This document shows positions 19,770 to 28,485 of a stretch of 64,000 nt of DNA, piece by piece. The notes under the pieces were generated by a model that saw only the letters and a program-made list of their open reading frames with translations, searched no databases and was not told where the DNA came from. How positions within the stretch are numbered: position 1 is the first letter of the stretch; the number at the start of each line of letters is the position of its first letter. The stretch spans positions 1 to 64,000 of IMG/VR virus record IMGVR_UViG_3300005611_000007, one strand, 5' to 3'. The stretch comes from a virus. Taxonomy: Duplodnaviria; Caudoviricetes. A program made the position numbers and the translations under genes.

Positions 19770-20318
19770 ATGATTGTCTTTATACACGGTGCTAATGCTA
19801 CATCAAAGTCCTGGTCATATATCCTATCAAAAATAGATGCGAATCACATTACTGTTGACTATGATAGTTCATTAGGATTCAGAAGAAATATAATATCAAT
19901 CCGAAGTCAGATTCCAACTGAAGAACCTATACAGATTGTTGGTCATAGTCTTGGTGGTATCTATGGACTATATCTAACACAAACACATAATGTCACGAAA
20001 GGATTGACACTTGCCACTCCATATGCCGGTGTCGCCGTGGCAGACTTTATGAAGATCATTTTTCCTGGCTCTCATCTATTGAAGGATATCGGAAAGTATA
20101 GTCGATTCATAACAAAATCTAGAAACATAAAAATAAAGGTACCATGGACTCAGATCATCACAACAAGAGGATCTTTACCATGGTACCTTGAGAGAAATGA
20201 CGGTATCGTTCCTATCAGTTCTATGACTTGTAGAAACGATATGAACTATCTAGAACTACCCTATAACCATTATGAAATTCTTTATTCCGATGAAGTGGTA
20301 AATTTAATTACTTGTTAA
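19770..20318 (+). CDS. Alpha/beta hydrolase (esterase/lipase-like)
   Basis: IHGAN oxyanion motif, GHSLGG nucleophile elbow, TPYAG, NDGIV and NH catalytic His. Confidence 0.85.
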   Translation: MIVFIHGANATSKSWSYILSKIDANHITVDYDSSLGFRRNIISIRSQIPTEEPIQIVGHSLGGIYGLYLTQTHNVTKGLTLATPYAGVAVADFMKIIFPGSHLLKDIGKYSRFITKSRNIKIKVPWTQIITTRGSLPWYLERNDGIVPISSMTCRNDMNYLELPYNHYEILYSDEVVNLITC

Positions 20319-20940
20319 TCAATTCACCAGTCACCACAGTGCGACCAGACACCTCAGCGTCACCATACACCCTAGCGTCACCAAACACCACAGCGTTACC
20401 AGACACCCAAACGCGACCGAACACCCTAGCGTTACCAGACACCTCAGCGTCACCATACACCCTAGCGTCACCAAACACCACAGCGTTACCAGTCACCTTA
20501 GCGTAACCAGACACCATAGCGTCACCAAACACCTTAGCGTTACCAGACACCCTAGCGTTATCATACACCCTAGCGTTATCATACACCTTAGCGTTACCAG
20601 ACACCACAGCTTCACCATCCACCACAGCGTTATCAGACACCTCAGCGTCACCAGACACCACAGCGTTATCAGACACCTTAGCGTTACCAGTCACCGCAGC
20701 GTCACCATACACCCTAGCGTTATCAGACACCTTAGCGTTACCAGTCACCGCAGCGTCACCATACACCCTAGCGTTACCAATCACCACAGCGTCACCAGAC
20801 ACCACAGCGTTATCAAACACCATAGCTTCGCGTCCAACATAGGCGGTCTCAGAAACAGTAGCGGTATCAGCAACCCATCCACCACCATTAGAATGCTTGT
20901 GAGCAGGAACTAGTCCGTTGCCAAAATCAAAAGTAGTCAT
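20308..20940 (-). CDS. Left-handed beta-helix hexapeptide-repeat protein, paralog 1
   Basis: NGGGWVADTATV followed by many V-x-(G/D)-x-A-x repeats (18-bp units); GGAG RBS before the ATG at 20940. Confidence 0.8.
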   Translation of the reverse strand: MTTFDFGNGLVPAHKHSNGGGWVADTATVSETAYVGREAMVFDNAVVSGDAVVIGNARVYGDAAVTGNAKVSDNARVYGDAAVTGNAKVSDNAVVSGDAEVSDNAVVDGEAVVSGNAKVYDNARVYDNARVSGNAKVFGDAMVSGYAKVTGNAVVFGDARVYGDAEVSGNARVFGRVWVSGNAVVFGDARVYGDAEVSGRTVVTGELINK

Positions 20941-20942
20941 AG

Positions 20943-21341
20943 TTACTCCCTCCAATCGGAAATCGTGACGATGGACTTCAACTCTTCGACAAGAGCCCGG
21001 CCCGCATCGGTAAATAGAATACCCTGATTATATACCCAATGCTCAATGTCTTGGGAATGATAGAAGGTATCCTGTCCAGTCATCCACCGAAGAGCAGTGG
21101 TACGGTCACCCGCACCTGCTTCGATAACTGAGGCAATCTCAGCCTCGAACTCACGAAGAGCGCGAGCCTCTTCCTCCGCCTCCTCTTCTTGCCGAATATC
21201 GAAAGCACGACCAACGGAATCCCAAATCTCCTGCTTGCGGGCAGGAGTGACGGTGTAGAACTCATGACCACGTGGGCGGAACCCATAGGCGTCCTTGTGG
21301 AAATCGGAGAAGATGTTTTCGTCGTAGGTGTAAACAGTCAT
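20943..21341 (-). CDS. Hypothetical early protein
   Basis: FSDFHKDAYGFRPRG motif familiar from phage proteins; AAGGAG RBS and a sigma70 promoter upstream. Confidence 0.7.
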   Translation of the reverse strand: MTVYTYDENIFSDFHKDAYGFRPRGHEFYTVTPARKQEIWDSVGRAFDIRQEEEAEEEARALREFEAEIASVIEAGAGDRTTALRWMTGQDTFYHSQDIEHWVYNQGILFTDAGRALVEELKSIVTISDWRE

Positions 21342-21371
21342 GTCATTCACTCCTTCGTTCATCATGTTTAT

Positions 21372-21400
21372 ATTATAACAAAAGAATTAATTTTTGTCAA
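21372..21400 (-). promoter_or_regulatory. Sigma70-type early promoter, class A leader
   Basis: TTGACA-17-TATAAT, then ataaacATGATGAACGAAGGAG. Confidence 0.9.
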
Positions 21401-21615
21401 CAACTTTTTTTACCAAAATCTACACGCCAAGCGAAATTTGCTTCCAGTTCACGAATCAACTCATCCCACGACCGAGGGAAGTTTGAGAACTTAGCACCAC
21501 TTACCTTAGCGATAAAACCGCCATCAGGATGCTTCCGAATGACGATCTCGTGGTCTGCACAGTTCATGGAAACCCAACGGTCAAGCGAAGGAATGGAACG
21601 AAACTTAGCAATCAT
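21397..21615 (-). CDS. Hypothetical early protein
   Basis: AGGAG RBS and its own promoter; the stop codon lies inside the next TTGACA. Confidence 0.6.
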   Translation of the reverse strand: MIAKFRSIPSLDRWVSMNCADHEIVIRKHPDGGFIAKVSGAKFSNFPRSWDELIRELEANFAWRVDFGKKSC

Positions 21616-21638
21616 GTTCTTATCTCCTGTTTTCATCA

Positions 21639-21674
21639 TATAAATAGTATATAACGTATCTTATTTTTTGTCAA
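21639..21674. promoter_or_regulatory. Minus-strand early promoter (TTGACA-17-TATACT) overlapping a plus-strand late promoter (TATAAATA, 21639-21646)
   Basis: Both motifs read directly; they point at the flanking divergent genes. Confidence 0.8.
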
Positions 21675-21687
21675 CAGAAAAACGAAC

Positions 21688-22275
21688 ATGGCATCAAAAA
21701 CTTTTGACGAAATTCTGGCTCAGGGAGTGAGGTCTGGACAATTACCAGCTAGGACACAAACGTCTAGAGATTGGTTTCGCAACGCGGCGAGAACGACTAG
21801 TGTTACGCCGGAAGCTGTTGTTAGGGGTGAGAGAGCGAAATATAAAAATAGGACCACAATAGGAAAGATGTATCTTTTCAATTATGATCCTAAAACAAAA
21901 GATACGTTACCATATTATGATAGATATCCTTTGATCTTTCCAGTAGAAGGAGCTCCAGGTGGTTTCTATGGTATCAACATGCATTATTTACCACTAACTC
22001 TTAGAGCAAAGTTAATGGATAAATTATACGAACTGTCTACGGACAGAAGATACGATGAAAAAACTAAATTGAAGATTGGTTATCAGATATTAAAAGCGGC
22101 TTCTCGTTTTGCTCCATTTAAACCAACTTTCAAAAGATATCTATCAAATCATGTTAGATCTAGATTTATTGAAATATCGTCTAGTGAATGGGATATTGCC
22201 CTATTCCTACCACTGGAAAGATTTGCGAAAGCGTCGAAGACTAAAGTCTGGGCAGACTCAAGAAGGATGATATAA
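21688..22275 (+). CDS. gp2: DNA end protector protein gp2
   Basis: GKMYLFNYDPKTKDTLPYYDRYPLIF...GINMHYLP...KRYL..HVRS. Confidence 0.92.
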   Translation: MASKTFDEILAQGVRSGQLPARTQTSRDWFRNAARTTSVTPEAVVRGERAKYKNRTTIGKMYLFNYDPKTKDTLPYYDRYPLIFPVEGAPGGFYGINMHYLPLTLRAKLMDKLYELSTDRRYDEKTKLKIGYQILKAASRFAPFKPTFKRYLSNHVRSRFIEISSSEWDIALFLPLERFAKASKTKVWADSRRMI

Positions 22276-22847
22276 TGCCTATAGATTTAAATAGATTTAC
22301 TTCTATCTTTAATAATGTTCCTCCAGCGAGAGAAAGCGACTACGAAATTATAATAAGTGGTCCAGCTGGAATTGGTGATCCAGATTTAACATATAGAGCA
22401 GACTCTGTACAATTGCCTGGAAGAAGTATTGCTACAACAGAACAGGTTTATATTGGACCTCAAAGAAAAGTAGCGTATGCAGCACTTTATCTAGAGACTA
22501 CTATAACTTTCATAGAATCAGACGATTATCGTGTTAAAGAGTATTTTGATAGATGGTTAGATAAGGTTGTAGGAACACATCGAATTAATCGTACCGTATC
22601 AGATGGTTCGAGATTTCGTTCTGGTTATTATGATGATTATATTGGAACGATAGATATTTACAATCTACGAAGAACTGGTGCCAAAGGATATAATACAAAA
22701 TTGATAGAAGCATATCCTATACAAGTCGCTCCAGTAAGTTTATCTTGGGCTTCTGATGCTATACCTAGAATTAATGTAACGTTCACTTATAGATATTATG
22801 AACAAAACGCAGCAGGATCAACAAGTACTGCTAATTTATCTACTTAA
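22275..22847 (+). CDS. Tail tube-fold protein (gp54/gp19-like)
   Basis: VQLPGRSI...YFDRW...YYDDYIG...EAYPIQV..VSLSW...VTFTYRYY. Confidence 0.75.
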   Translation: MPIDLNRFTSIFNNVPPARESDYEIIISGPAGIGDPDLTYRADSVQLPGRSIATTEQVYIGPQRKVAYAALYLETTITFIESDDYRVKEYFDRWLDKVVGTHRINRTVSDGSRFRSGYYDDYIGTIDIYNLRRTGAKGYNTKLIEAYPIQVAPVSLSWASDAIPRINVTFTYRYYEQNAAGSTSTANLST

Positions 22848-22875
22848 TAAAAATGACTGATTTGGAGAGAATAAA

Positions 22876-23580
22876 ATGGCTTTACCATCAATAGTAGCTC
22901 CACACTTTACGACTAAACTACCGTCAAATGGAGTTGATGTTAAATTTAGACCTTTTCTTGTAAAAGAGGAAAAGTTGCTTCTCATAGCTGCTGAAAGTGG
23001 TGAGAGAAAAGACATGATAGACGCTGTCTGTCAAATGTTAAAAAATTGTGTTATTGAGCCGGAGGATATTGATCCTTATAGTTTAGCTTATTTTGATTTT
23101 GAACATATATTTCTTCTTATAAGATCTAAAAGTGTAGGAGAAACGGCACAGTTTAAACTAAAACATGATGTGGAAAATTGTGGCCACATGAACGATGTAG
23201 AAGTCAAGTTAGATAATATTGTTTATAATACAAATGAAGATCATACTGATACATTTTTATTGAACGATAATATTGGTGTGAAGATGAAGTATCCTAATAT
23301 AAATTCTTTGACTGACTTTATGGATATTGATCCTACAAATGTTCTTGATATTTTTTCTACTAGTATAGAATATGTTTACGATCAAGAAACGGTTTACAAC
23401 GATTTTACAAAAAAAGATGTTTTAGAATTTTTAGAAAGTCTTTCTAAAGAGCAATTTGATAAAATTACAAGATTCTTTCAAACTATGCCTGGCAGTCGTT
23501 TAAGAGCAAAGTATAAATGTGAAAAATGTGATGAAGAGGTTGAAACAGATGTATCTGGCTTTGAAGATTTTTTTGGATAA
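22876..23580 (+). CDS. gp26: Baseplate hub assembly protein gp26
   Basis: MALP...LPS...FRPFLVKEEKLLL...IRSKSVGE...FF.TMP...CxxC...GFEDFF. Confidence 0.9.
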   Translation: MALPSIVAPHFTTKLPSNGVDVKFRPFLVKEEKLLLIAAESGERKDMIDAVCQMLKNCVIEPEDIDPYSLAYFDFEHIFLLIRSKSVGETAQFKLKHDVENCGHMNDVEVKLDNIVYNTNEDHTDTFLLNDNIGVKMKYPNINSLTDFMDIDPTNVLDIFSTSIEYVYDQETVYNDFTKKDVLEFLESLSKEQFDKITRFFQTMPGSRLRAKYKCEKCDEEVETDVSGFEDFFG

Positions 23581-23759
23581 GTCTCTGTCATACGAGTCTA
23601 GCTAGTTATTATAGACTTAACTTTTCGTTGATGCAATATCATAAATATTCTTTGACTGAATTAGATGATATGATACCGTTTGAGAGAGAAATATACATTC
23701 AGATGTTGCTAGAACATCTGAGAGAACAAGAAGAGAAGAACAGACAAAATGCTTCCTAA
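23568..23759 (+). CDS. gp51: gp51-like hub assembly chaperone, probably reached by -1 frameshift from gp26
   Basis: Not in the ORF track. The -1 frame reads FFWISLCHTSLASYYRLNFSLMQYHKYSLTELDDMIPFEREIYIQMLLEHLREQEEKNRQNAS*. The first ATG (23631) lies inside the conserved block. Confidence 0.8.
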   Translation, partial: FFWISLCHTSLASYYRLNFSLMQYHKYSLTELDDMIPFEREIYIQMLLEHLREQEEKNRQNAS

Positions 23760-25776
23760 CCCTAATCCATCTGGTGCAGCTACTTCTGATATGATGGCGT
23801 TATCATTTCAAGAAAGCACCATGTATGCTGTTCAAAGCATAGATGAGAATATCAGAGGTCTTAGAAAATTATTCGCATCTGTTTTGAAGGTAAACACTGA
23901 AAATTTAAACTTAGATAAAAAACAACAGACTACTGAGGAAATTAATCGTGCTAGAGAAAGAGCGGCGGCCGCTGAAGAAAAAAGAGAGTCTAAATTTGGT
24001 ACTACTTTAAAAAGCGCGGCGACGGACGTAAAAGATAAAGCTATAGAAGTAGGAAAGGGTATATCTCTTGGTGGTGTTTTAAGTACTCTTCTTGGTGGGG
24101 CGCTTCTAGCAGCATTTTTTGCTCCAGAAAAATTTAATAAAATTGTTCAATCTATTAAAGAAAAAGTAGAAGAATACGGACCTTCTATAATGAAAGGTAT
24201 TGGAAATTATCTTAGTCAATTAAATTTTTCTGATCTTGTTGTTACTGGTATCCTTGGTGTTAGAGGAGGTATAATATTCTCTCTATTTAAATTTGCAGGA
24301 AACTGGTTAAAAGAAAAATTAGAAGGATGGTTAGGTACATCATTTGATGGATGGTTTGGAGAAAACGCTGGTGAGATAGCTGGTGCAGTAGGATTGTTTG
24401 CTACGCTAATGCCAGGAACCACTATAAAACTTATTACAGGTTTATTTAGTTCATCGGGCAGTCTTATAAAAACAGGTCTTGAAGGTGCCCAAAAACTTCT
24501 TCCAGAAGCGTTAGGGAAAGGTCTTACACCTAAGGCTTTAGGTATTGCTGGTATTGCTGTTGCCGCTGGGATGATGGCAAAAACGGCAGTTAACGGTATA
24601 GCAGATTGGTTTACGAAAAAAGATTTTAGTGAAGAAGCTAATACTGCAATGGGAAAGGCTATGACGGGTCTTCAAGAAGCGACACCGGCATTAGCAAAAG
24701 TTGGAGGTCAAGCACTTGAGTTTGCAGCGTATGGTGCTGCATTAGGTAGTGTAATTCCAGTTATAGGTACTGCTATAGGAGCGGCTATAGGTGGACTAGT
24801 AGGAGCAGTAGTCGGTATATTTTCTCTTGATGATGCAGAAATACAAGGTTTTAAAGATGGTATGTCAAAGATATGGGATGCTATTATAGATGGATTGTTT
24901 AGTGGTGTTGCCAATCTATTAACCGGCCTTCCTTCTTGGGCGCTCCCAGATGGTGTAAAAGCGTTTATAGAAAAATATTCAGATACACAGGGAATGAAAG
25001 AACAAGAAGGAACAGAAAAAGTTGAAAAAACAGAAGCATCAAAAAATAAAAGTTTAGAAAAATATGTAACTACTGAAGAAGAAATTGCTTCCGTAATGAA
25101 CGAAAATGGTATGGTTGATGATAAGAAACTTCAAGCTCTTAATAAAGAACGTGAGGCTAAAAACCTAGATCGTATAAGCTCAGCCGATGCAGGAAGTATA
25201 TTTAGATCAACACAACAGGCTGCTAAAGCAAAACAGGACCTTGAAGAAGTAAAAGCAGCACCAGCAAAAGAACTTGAAGAAATAGATAAACAAATTTTAG
25301 AAAAACAAAACCAGATCGAGGAAGCGAAAAAGAAACAAATAGCGGACGATAAGCTAACATATGAAGGAAGGCGCGGTGAACTAATAGATAAAAGAGAACA
25401 GGAAATTGAAGAATTATCAAAACGAAGAGAAAAACTAACTAGAGGAAACGATGCATCTCCCATGGCTCCCATGGGTGATCAAGGAAACTACCCATTGTTC
25501 GAAGGCCAAGGCCAAACAATGGCACCAACATTTAGAGCTGGATCTCTTAGAATGAATGGTTTAGAAGCGGAGATGGTTTCAATGAATAACGCAATGAAAC
25601 CATCAGCTCCTATATTTATAGCGTCACCTAGTACCTCTTCACCAACTAGTGTAGATCAATCACAGACTATTATCAATAATAGTAATCGTCAAACTACTAT
25701 TTCTGGTGGTATTTCTCAATATACACAATCGCCAACAAGATCTGCTGCGTCTCGATTTTCTGTAGCTTTTACATAA
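23749..25776 (+). CDS. Tape-measure-like protein (gp29-like)
   Basis: 675 aa, helical, with Gly/Ala hydrophobic segments (GAALGSVIPVIGTAIGAAIGG) and coiled coils; follows gp26/gp51. Confidence 0.6.
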   Translation: MLPNPNPSGAATSDMMALSFQESTMYAVQSIDENIRGLRKLFASVLKVNTENLNLDKKQQTTEEINRARERAAAAEEKRESKFGTTLKSAATDVKDKAIEVGKGISLGGVLSTLLGGALLAAFFAPEKFNKIVQSIKEKVEEYGPSIMKGIGNYLSQLNFSDLVVTGILGVRGGIIFSLFKFAGNWLKEKLEGWLGTSFDGWFGENAGEIAGAVGLFATLMPGTTIKLITGLFSSSGSLIKTGLEGAQKLLPEALGKGLTPKALGIAGIAVAAGMMAKTAVNGIADWFTKKDFSEEANTAMGKAMTGLQEATPALAKVGGQALEFAAYGAALGSVIPVIGTAIGAAIGGLVGAVVGIFSLDDAEIQGFKDGMSKIWDAIIDGLFSGVANLLTGLPSWALPDGVKAFIEKYSDTQGMKEQEGTEKVEKTEASKNKSLEKYVTTEEEIASVMNENGMVDDKKLQALNKEREAKNLDRISSADAGSIFRSTQQAAKAKQDLEEVKAAPAKELEEIDKQILEKQNQIEEAKKKQIADDKLTYEGRRGELIDKREQEIEELSKRREKLTRGNDASPMAPMGDQGNYPLFEGQGQTMAPTFRAGSLRMNGLEAEMVSMNNAMKPSAPIFIASPSTSSPTSVDQSQTIINNSNRQTTISGGISQYTQSPTRSAASRFSVAFT

Positions 25777-25803
25777 AAAAAAGAGGGGACCGAAGTCCCC
25801 CCC
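25775..25803 (-). terminator. Intrinsic terminator with cUUCGg tetraloop
   Basis: Minus strand GGGGAC-TTCG-GTCCCC-TCTTTTTTTT; lies between the convergent pstS and tape-measure-like genes. Confidence 0.85.
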
Positions 25804-25819
25804 TAGTATATTTCATAGT

Positions 25820-26779
25820 TTATTTTAAAGAGATTAATCCTTTATCCTCAAGTGGGCCATCTGCCATTTGCATACGTTGAAATAGATTGACAAATTCCTG
25901 AATACCAGGAATTTTTGCGATATGTTCTTTCTTCACATAGTATTGAAGAGACCGAGAGATTTTATACTTACCGTCTGCAATGTTTTTAAATGTAGGTTCG
26001 AAACCTTCAACAATTGAACCCTGGATAACATCAGAGTTTTGGTCCAAGAATGAGTATCCAAAAATGCCGAGAGAATTTGGATCTGATTGGAGCTTCTGAA
26101 CAATTAGATTATCGTTCTCACCTGCTTCAACATAAACACCATCTTCACGGATGTGGTGAACAATATTCTTAAACTTCTTCTTGTCCTTTTTACGAAGAGC
26201 TTTTAGTTCTGAAATTTGTTTAGCTCCACCTTCCATAGCGAGTTCTAGAAAAGCGTCACGCGTACCAGATGTTGGAGGAGGACCAAGTACCCTTATCTTT
26301 ACATTAGGAAGAGATGGGTCTACATCAGACCAATACACATATGGATTTGGTACTAACTTACCATCTACTGGAACCTTAGCGGCAAGAGCTAAAAAAATGT
26401 GTTTCAATTGAAAATTATATTGAGTTGCTGATTTATCGTTAGCAATTACAATACCATCAAAACCAATCTCGTATTCGATTGGTGTTACACCATTCTTTGC
26501 ACAACGCTCTACTTCCGATTTCTTAATTTTGCGTGAAGCATTTGTGATGTCTGGGTGTTTTTCTCCGACTCCAGCGCAGAACAATTTGAATCCACCACCT
26601 GAACCAGTTGATTCTACAACAGGCGTTTTAAATCCGCTAGTCCTACCAAACTCTTCAGCAACTGTGGTGGAAAATGGATATACTGTTGAAGAACCAACGA
26701 TACGAATCTGCTCCCTTGCAGATGCAGATGTTACAATAAGTACCGATGTTAAGGCAGCGAGTGTTAATGTTTTAATCAA
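25820..26779 (-). CDS. pstS: Phosphate ABC transporter substrate-binding protein PstS
   Basis: Signal peptide; GSSTVYPF, ESTGSGGG, NASRKIK and GPPPTSGTRDAF motifs (alphaproteobacterial type); TTG start with AAGGAG RBS. Confidence 0.93.
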   Translation of the reverse strand: MIKTLTLAALTSVLIVTSASAREQIRIVGSSTVYPFSTTVAEEFGRTSGFKTPVVESTGSGGGFKLFCAGVGEKHPDITNASRKIKKSEVERCAKNGVTPIEYEIGFDGIVIANDKSATQYNFQLKHIFLALAAKVPVDGKLVPNPYVYWSDVDPSLPNVKIRVLGPPPTSGTRDAFLELAMEGGAKQISELKALRKKDKKKFKNIVHHIREDGVYVEAGENDNLIVQKLQSDPNSLGIFGYSFLDQNSDVIQGSIVEGFEPTFKNIADGKYKISRSLQYYVKKEHIAKIPGIQEFVNLFQRMQMADGPLEDKGLISLK

Positions 26780-26834
26780 AGCTTTGATCTCCTTTCGAAC
26801 TTGTAACCGTATGTTACATTCATATTTAACAAAA

Positions 26835-26867
26835 TTTTGTTACAGACGTGTTATCCTTTTATTAATC
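26835..26867 (-). promoter_or_regulatory. Candidate Pho box upstream of pstS
   Basis: Minus strand GATTAAT-aaaa-GGATAAC-acgt-CTGTAAC-aaaa: three heptads at 11-nt period, the last close to consensus CTGTCA(T/C). Confidence 0.45.
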
Positions 26868-26899
26868 TTTTATTATATTTTATACAGACAAAAAAGAGG

Positions 26900-26925
26900 A
26901 AAAAGAGGGGACCGAAGTCCCCTCT
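26900..26925 (-). terminator. Intrinsic terminator after gp32 (same core as 25775-25803)
   Basis: Minus strand AGAGGGGAC-TTCG-GTCCCCTCT-TTTT. Confidence 0.85.
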
Positions 26926-26934
26926 GATATTTTA

Positions 26935-27825
26935 TCAATCCTCCTCTGCCAATTTCTTGAAGAATGATAGACTATCGTCATCTTCTTCATCATCATTACT
27001 CCAAGGAACACTATTTTCTTCCTTAGCTGCCGCAACACGAGGTTGAGGTGCTGGAGCAACTTCACTTAGTTCAGGACCACCATCAAGACCAAGAACACGA
27101 TTGAGTCGAGTCTTTTGTTCTTCATATGACTTGAACTCAGATACATCAAGAAACTTAGATAGTGGATGTTGAGAGTTCCAAATCTCTTCAATCCTTGCAT
27201 CATCGTCAGATACAGCAGAACTCTTATCAAACTCTGATAGGTCATAGTTCTGATAACCTTCATATCGACGAATCTTCAACTTGAAATTAGCACCCTCCCA
27301 GAAATCGAAAGGATTCATTGGATCTTCATCTTCAAATTGAGGTTGCATTGCATTCTGCATCTTTTCGAAGATCTTTGCGCCATACCGATAAAGAAACACT
27401 TGACCCTCATTCTGAGGATTTGCCTTATCTGATACGACTAAAACATTGGAATAATAGTTTAATCGACGCTTCTGCTTACGAACAATATCCTTGTTGGACT
27501 CTACACCTGAGTTCCAAAGCATAGAGTTGTGTTCGCAAACTGGACACTTTTCGCCAATTGTGGTTCGACATTCGTCAATCCACCAACCACCAGGACCCTG
27601 GAATCCATGATTGTATACCTTGACCCATGGAAGTTCTTCACCAGGGGCTGCTGGTAGGAATCGAATGACTGAGTATCCGTTTCCTGCCTTGTCTACTTCA
27701 GGCTTCCAGATATTTTCGTTTGTGTTGAGTTCGTCTCGTGCCGTAATCTTTTCGGCTGCTGTTACTAGGTCACTAAGTGATGACTTACTTGACTTCTTGA
27801 GTGCGGCAAAAGATGTTGCTGCCAT
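26935..27825 (-). CDS. gp32: Single-stranded DNA-binding protein gp32
   Basis: WKPEVDKAGNGYSVIRFLP, HGFQGPGGWWI, NPFDFWEGANFKLK and an acidic tail ending SFFKKLAEED. Confidence 0.95.
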   Translation of the reverse strand: MAATSFAALKKSSKSSLSDLVTAAEKITARDELNTNENIWKPEVDKAGNGYSVIRFLPAAPGEELPWVKVYNHGFQGPGGWWIDECRTTIGEKCPVCEHNSMLWNSGVESNKDIVRKQKRRLNYYSNVLVVSDKANPQNEGQVFLYRYGAKIFEKMQNAMQPQFEDEDPMNPFDFWEGANFKLKIRRYEGYQNYDLSEFDKSSAVSDDDARIEEIWNSQHPLSKFLDVSEFKSYEEQKTRLNRVLGLDGGPELSEVAPAPQPRVAAAKEENSVPWSNDDEEDDDSLSFFKKLAEED

Positions 27826-27867
27826 TTTTGATTCTCCTTAAAACTACTTAATACGACTTTATACGAC

Positions 27868-28485
27868 TTAAACAAATATAGATTTTACGACATGACGATA
27901 CTCCTTTGGATCAATTTCAATAAATGACGAATACTTTACTATCTTCTTATTATACTCGATCCAAATGAAATCGTCAACGTATTTATTGATCTTTTTCACG
28001 AATCCTAGCACTTTGTCTAGTATAATAAAAGACTCGATTGATATATCTTCAGAGATGAGAAGTTTCAGAATTATTGGATGTTGTCCATCATCACACTGAA
28101 ACACCTCATCAAACTGAAGATCATTCCGATCCATATAATCACGAAGTTTACTCATATCTTCACGGAATGAATATTTAAGTGACTGGAACTTTCTCTTCCA
28201 TTCGTTAAAGACTTGTTCAGCCTTGTCAGAAACAAGACCTCCACTCCAATTATTATCCTCCTTGATTAGATTTGAAACGAAGAATGGAACAAGTTCCTTC
28301 TTATGCCTCCTTTCTATCTTCTCGAAGAAAAACTTGTCTTTACGTCTTAAAAAAGATTCCTCCTTTACTCTCAGTTTACCATTATATTTAAAGTAATCAT
28401 AATCAGTCGTAAAATGACTTCTCAGCGCAAGATAAGTTTTATACGCATTGAAACCAGGAAACGACATCACATGGGCAATCTGCAT
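27868..28485 (-). CDS. gp59: Helicase loader gp59
   Basis: AYKTYLALRSHF...YDYFKYNGK...F..RKDKFFFEK; synteny gp33-gp59-gp32. Confidence 0.88.
   Translation of the reverse strand: MQIAHVMSFPGFNAYKTYLALRSHFTTDYDYFKYNGKLRVKEESFLRRKDKFFFEKIERRHKKELVPFFVSNLIKEDNNWSGGLVSDKAEQVFNEWKRKFQSLKYSFREDMSKLRDYMDRNDLQFDEVFQCDDGQHPIILKLLISEDISIESFIILDKVLGFVKKINKYVDDFIWIEYNKKIVKYSSFIEIDPKEYRHVVKSIFV

Noticed and set aside
20330-20830. 18-bp repeat arrays (also 41385-41720) as CRISPR or DGR template/variable repeats
   Set aside because: They are contiguous in-frame coding repeats without spacers, and no cas or reverse transcriptase gene is in the window.
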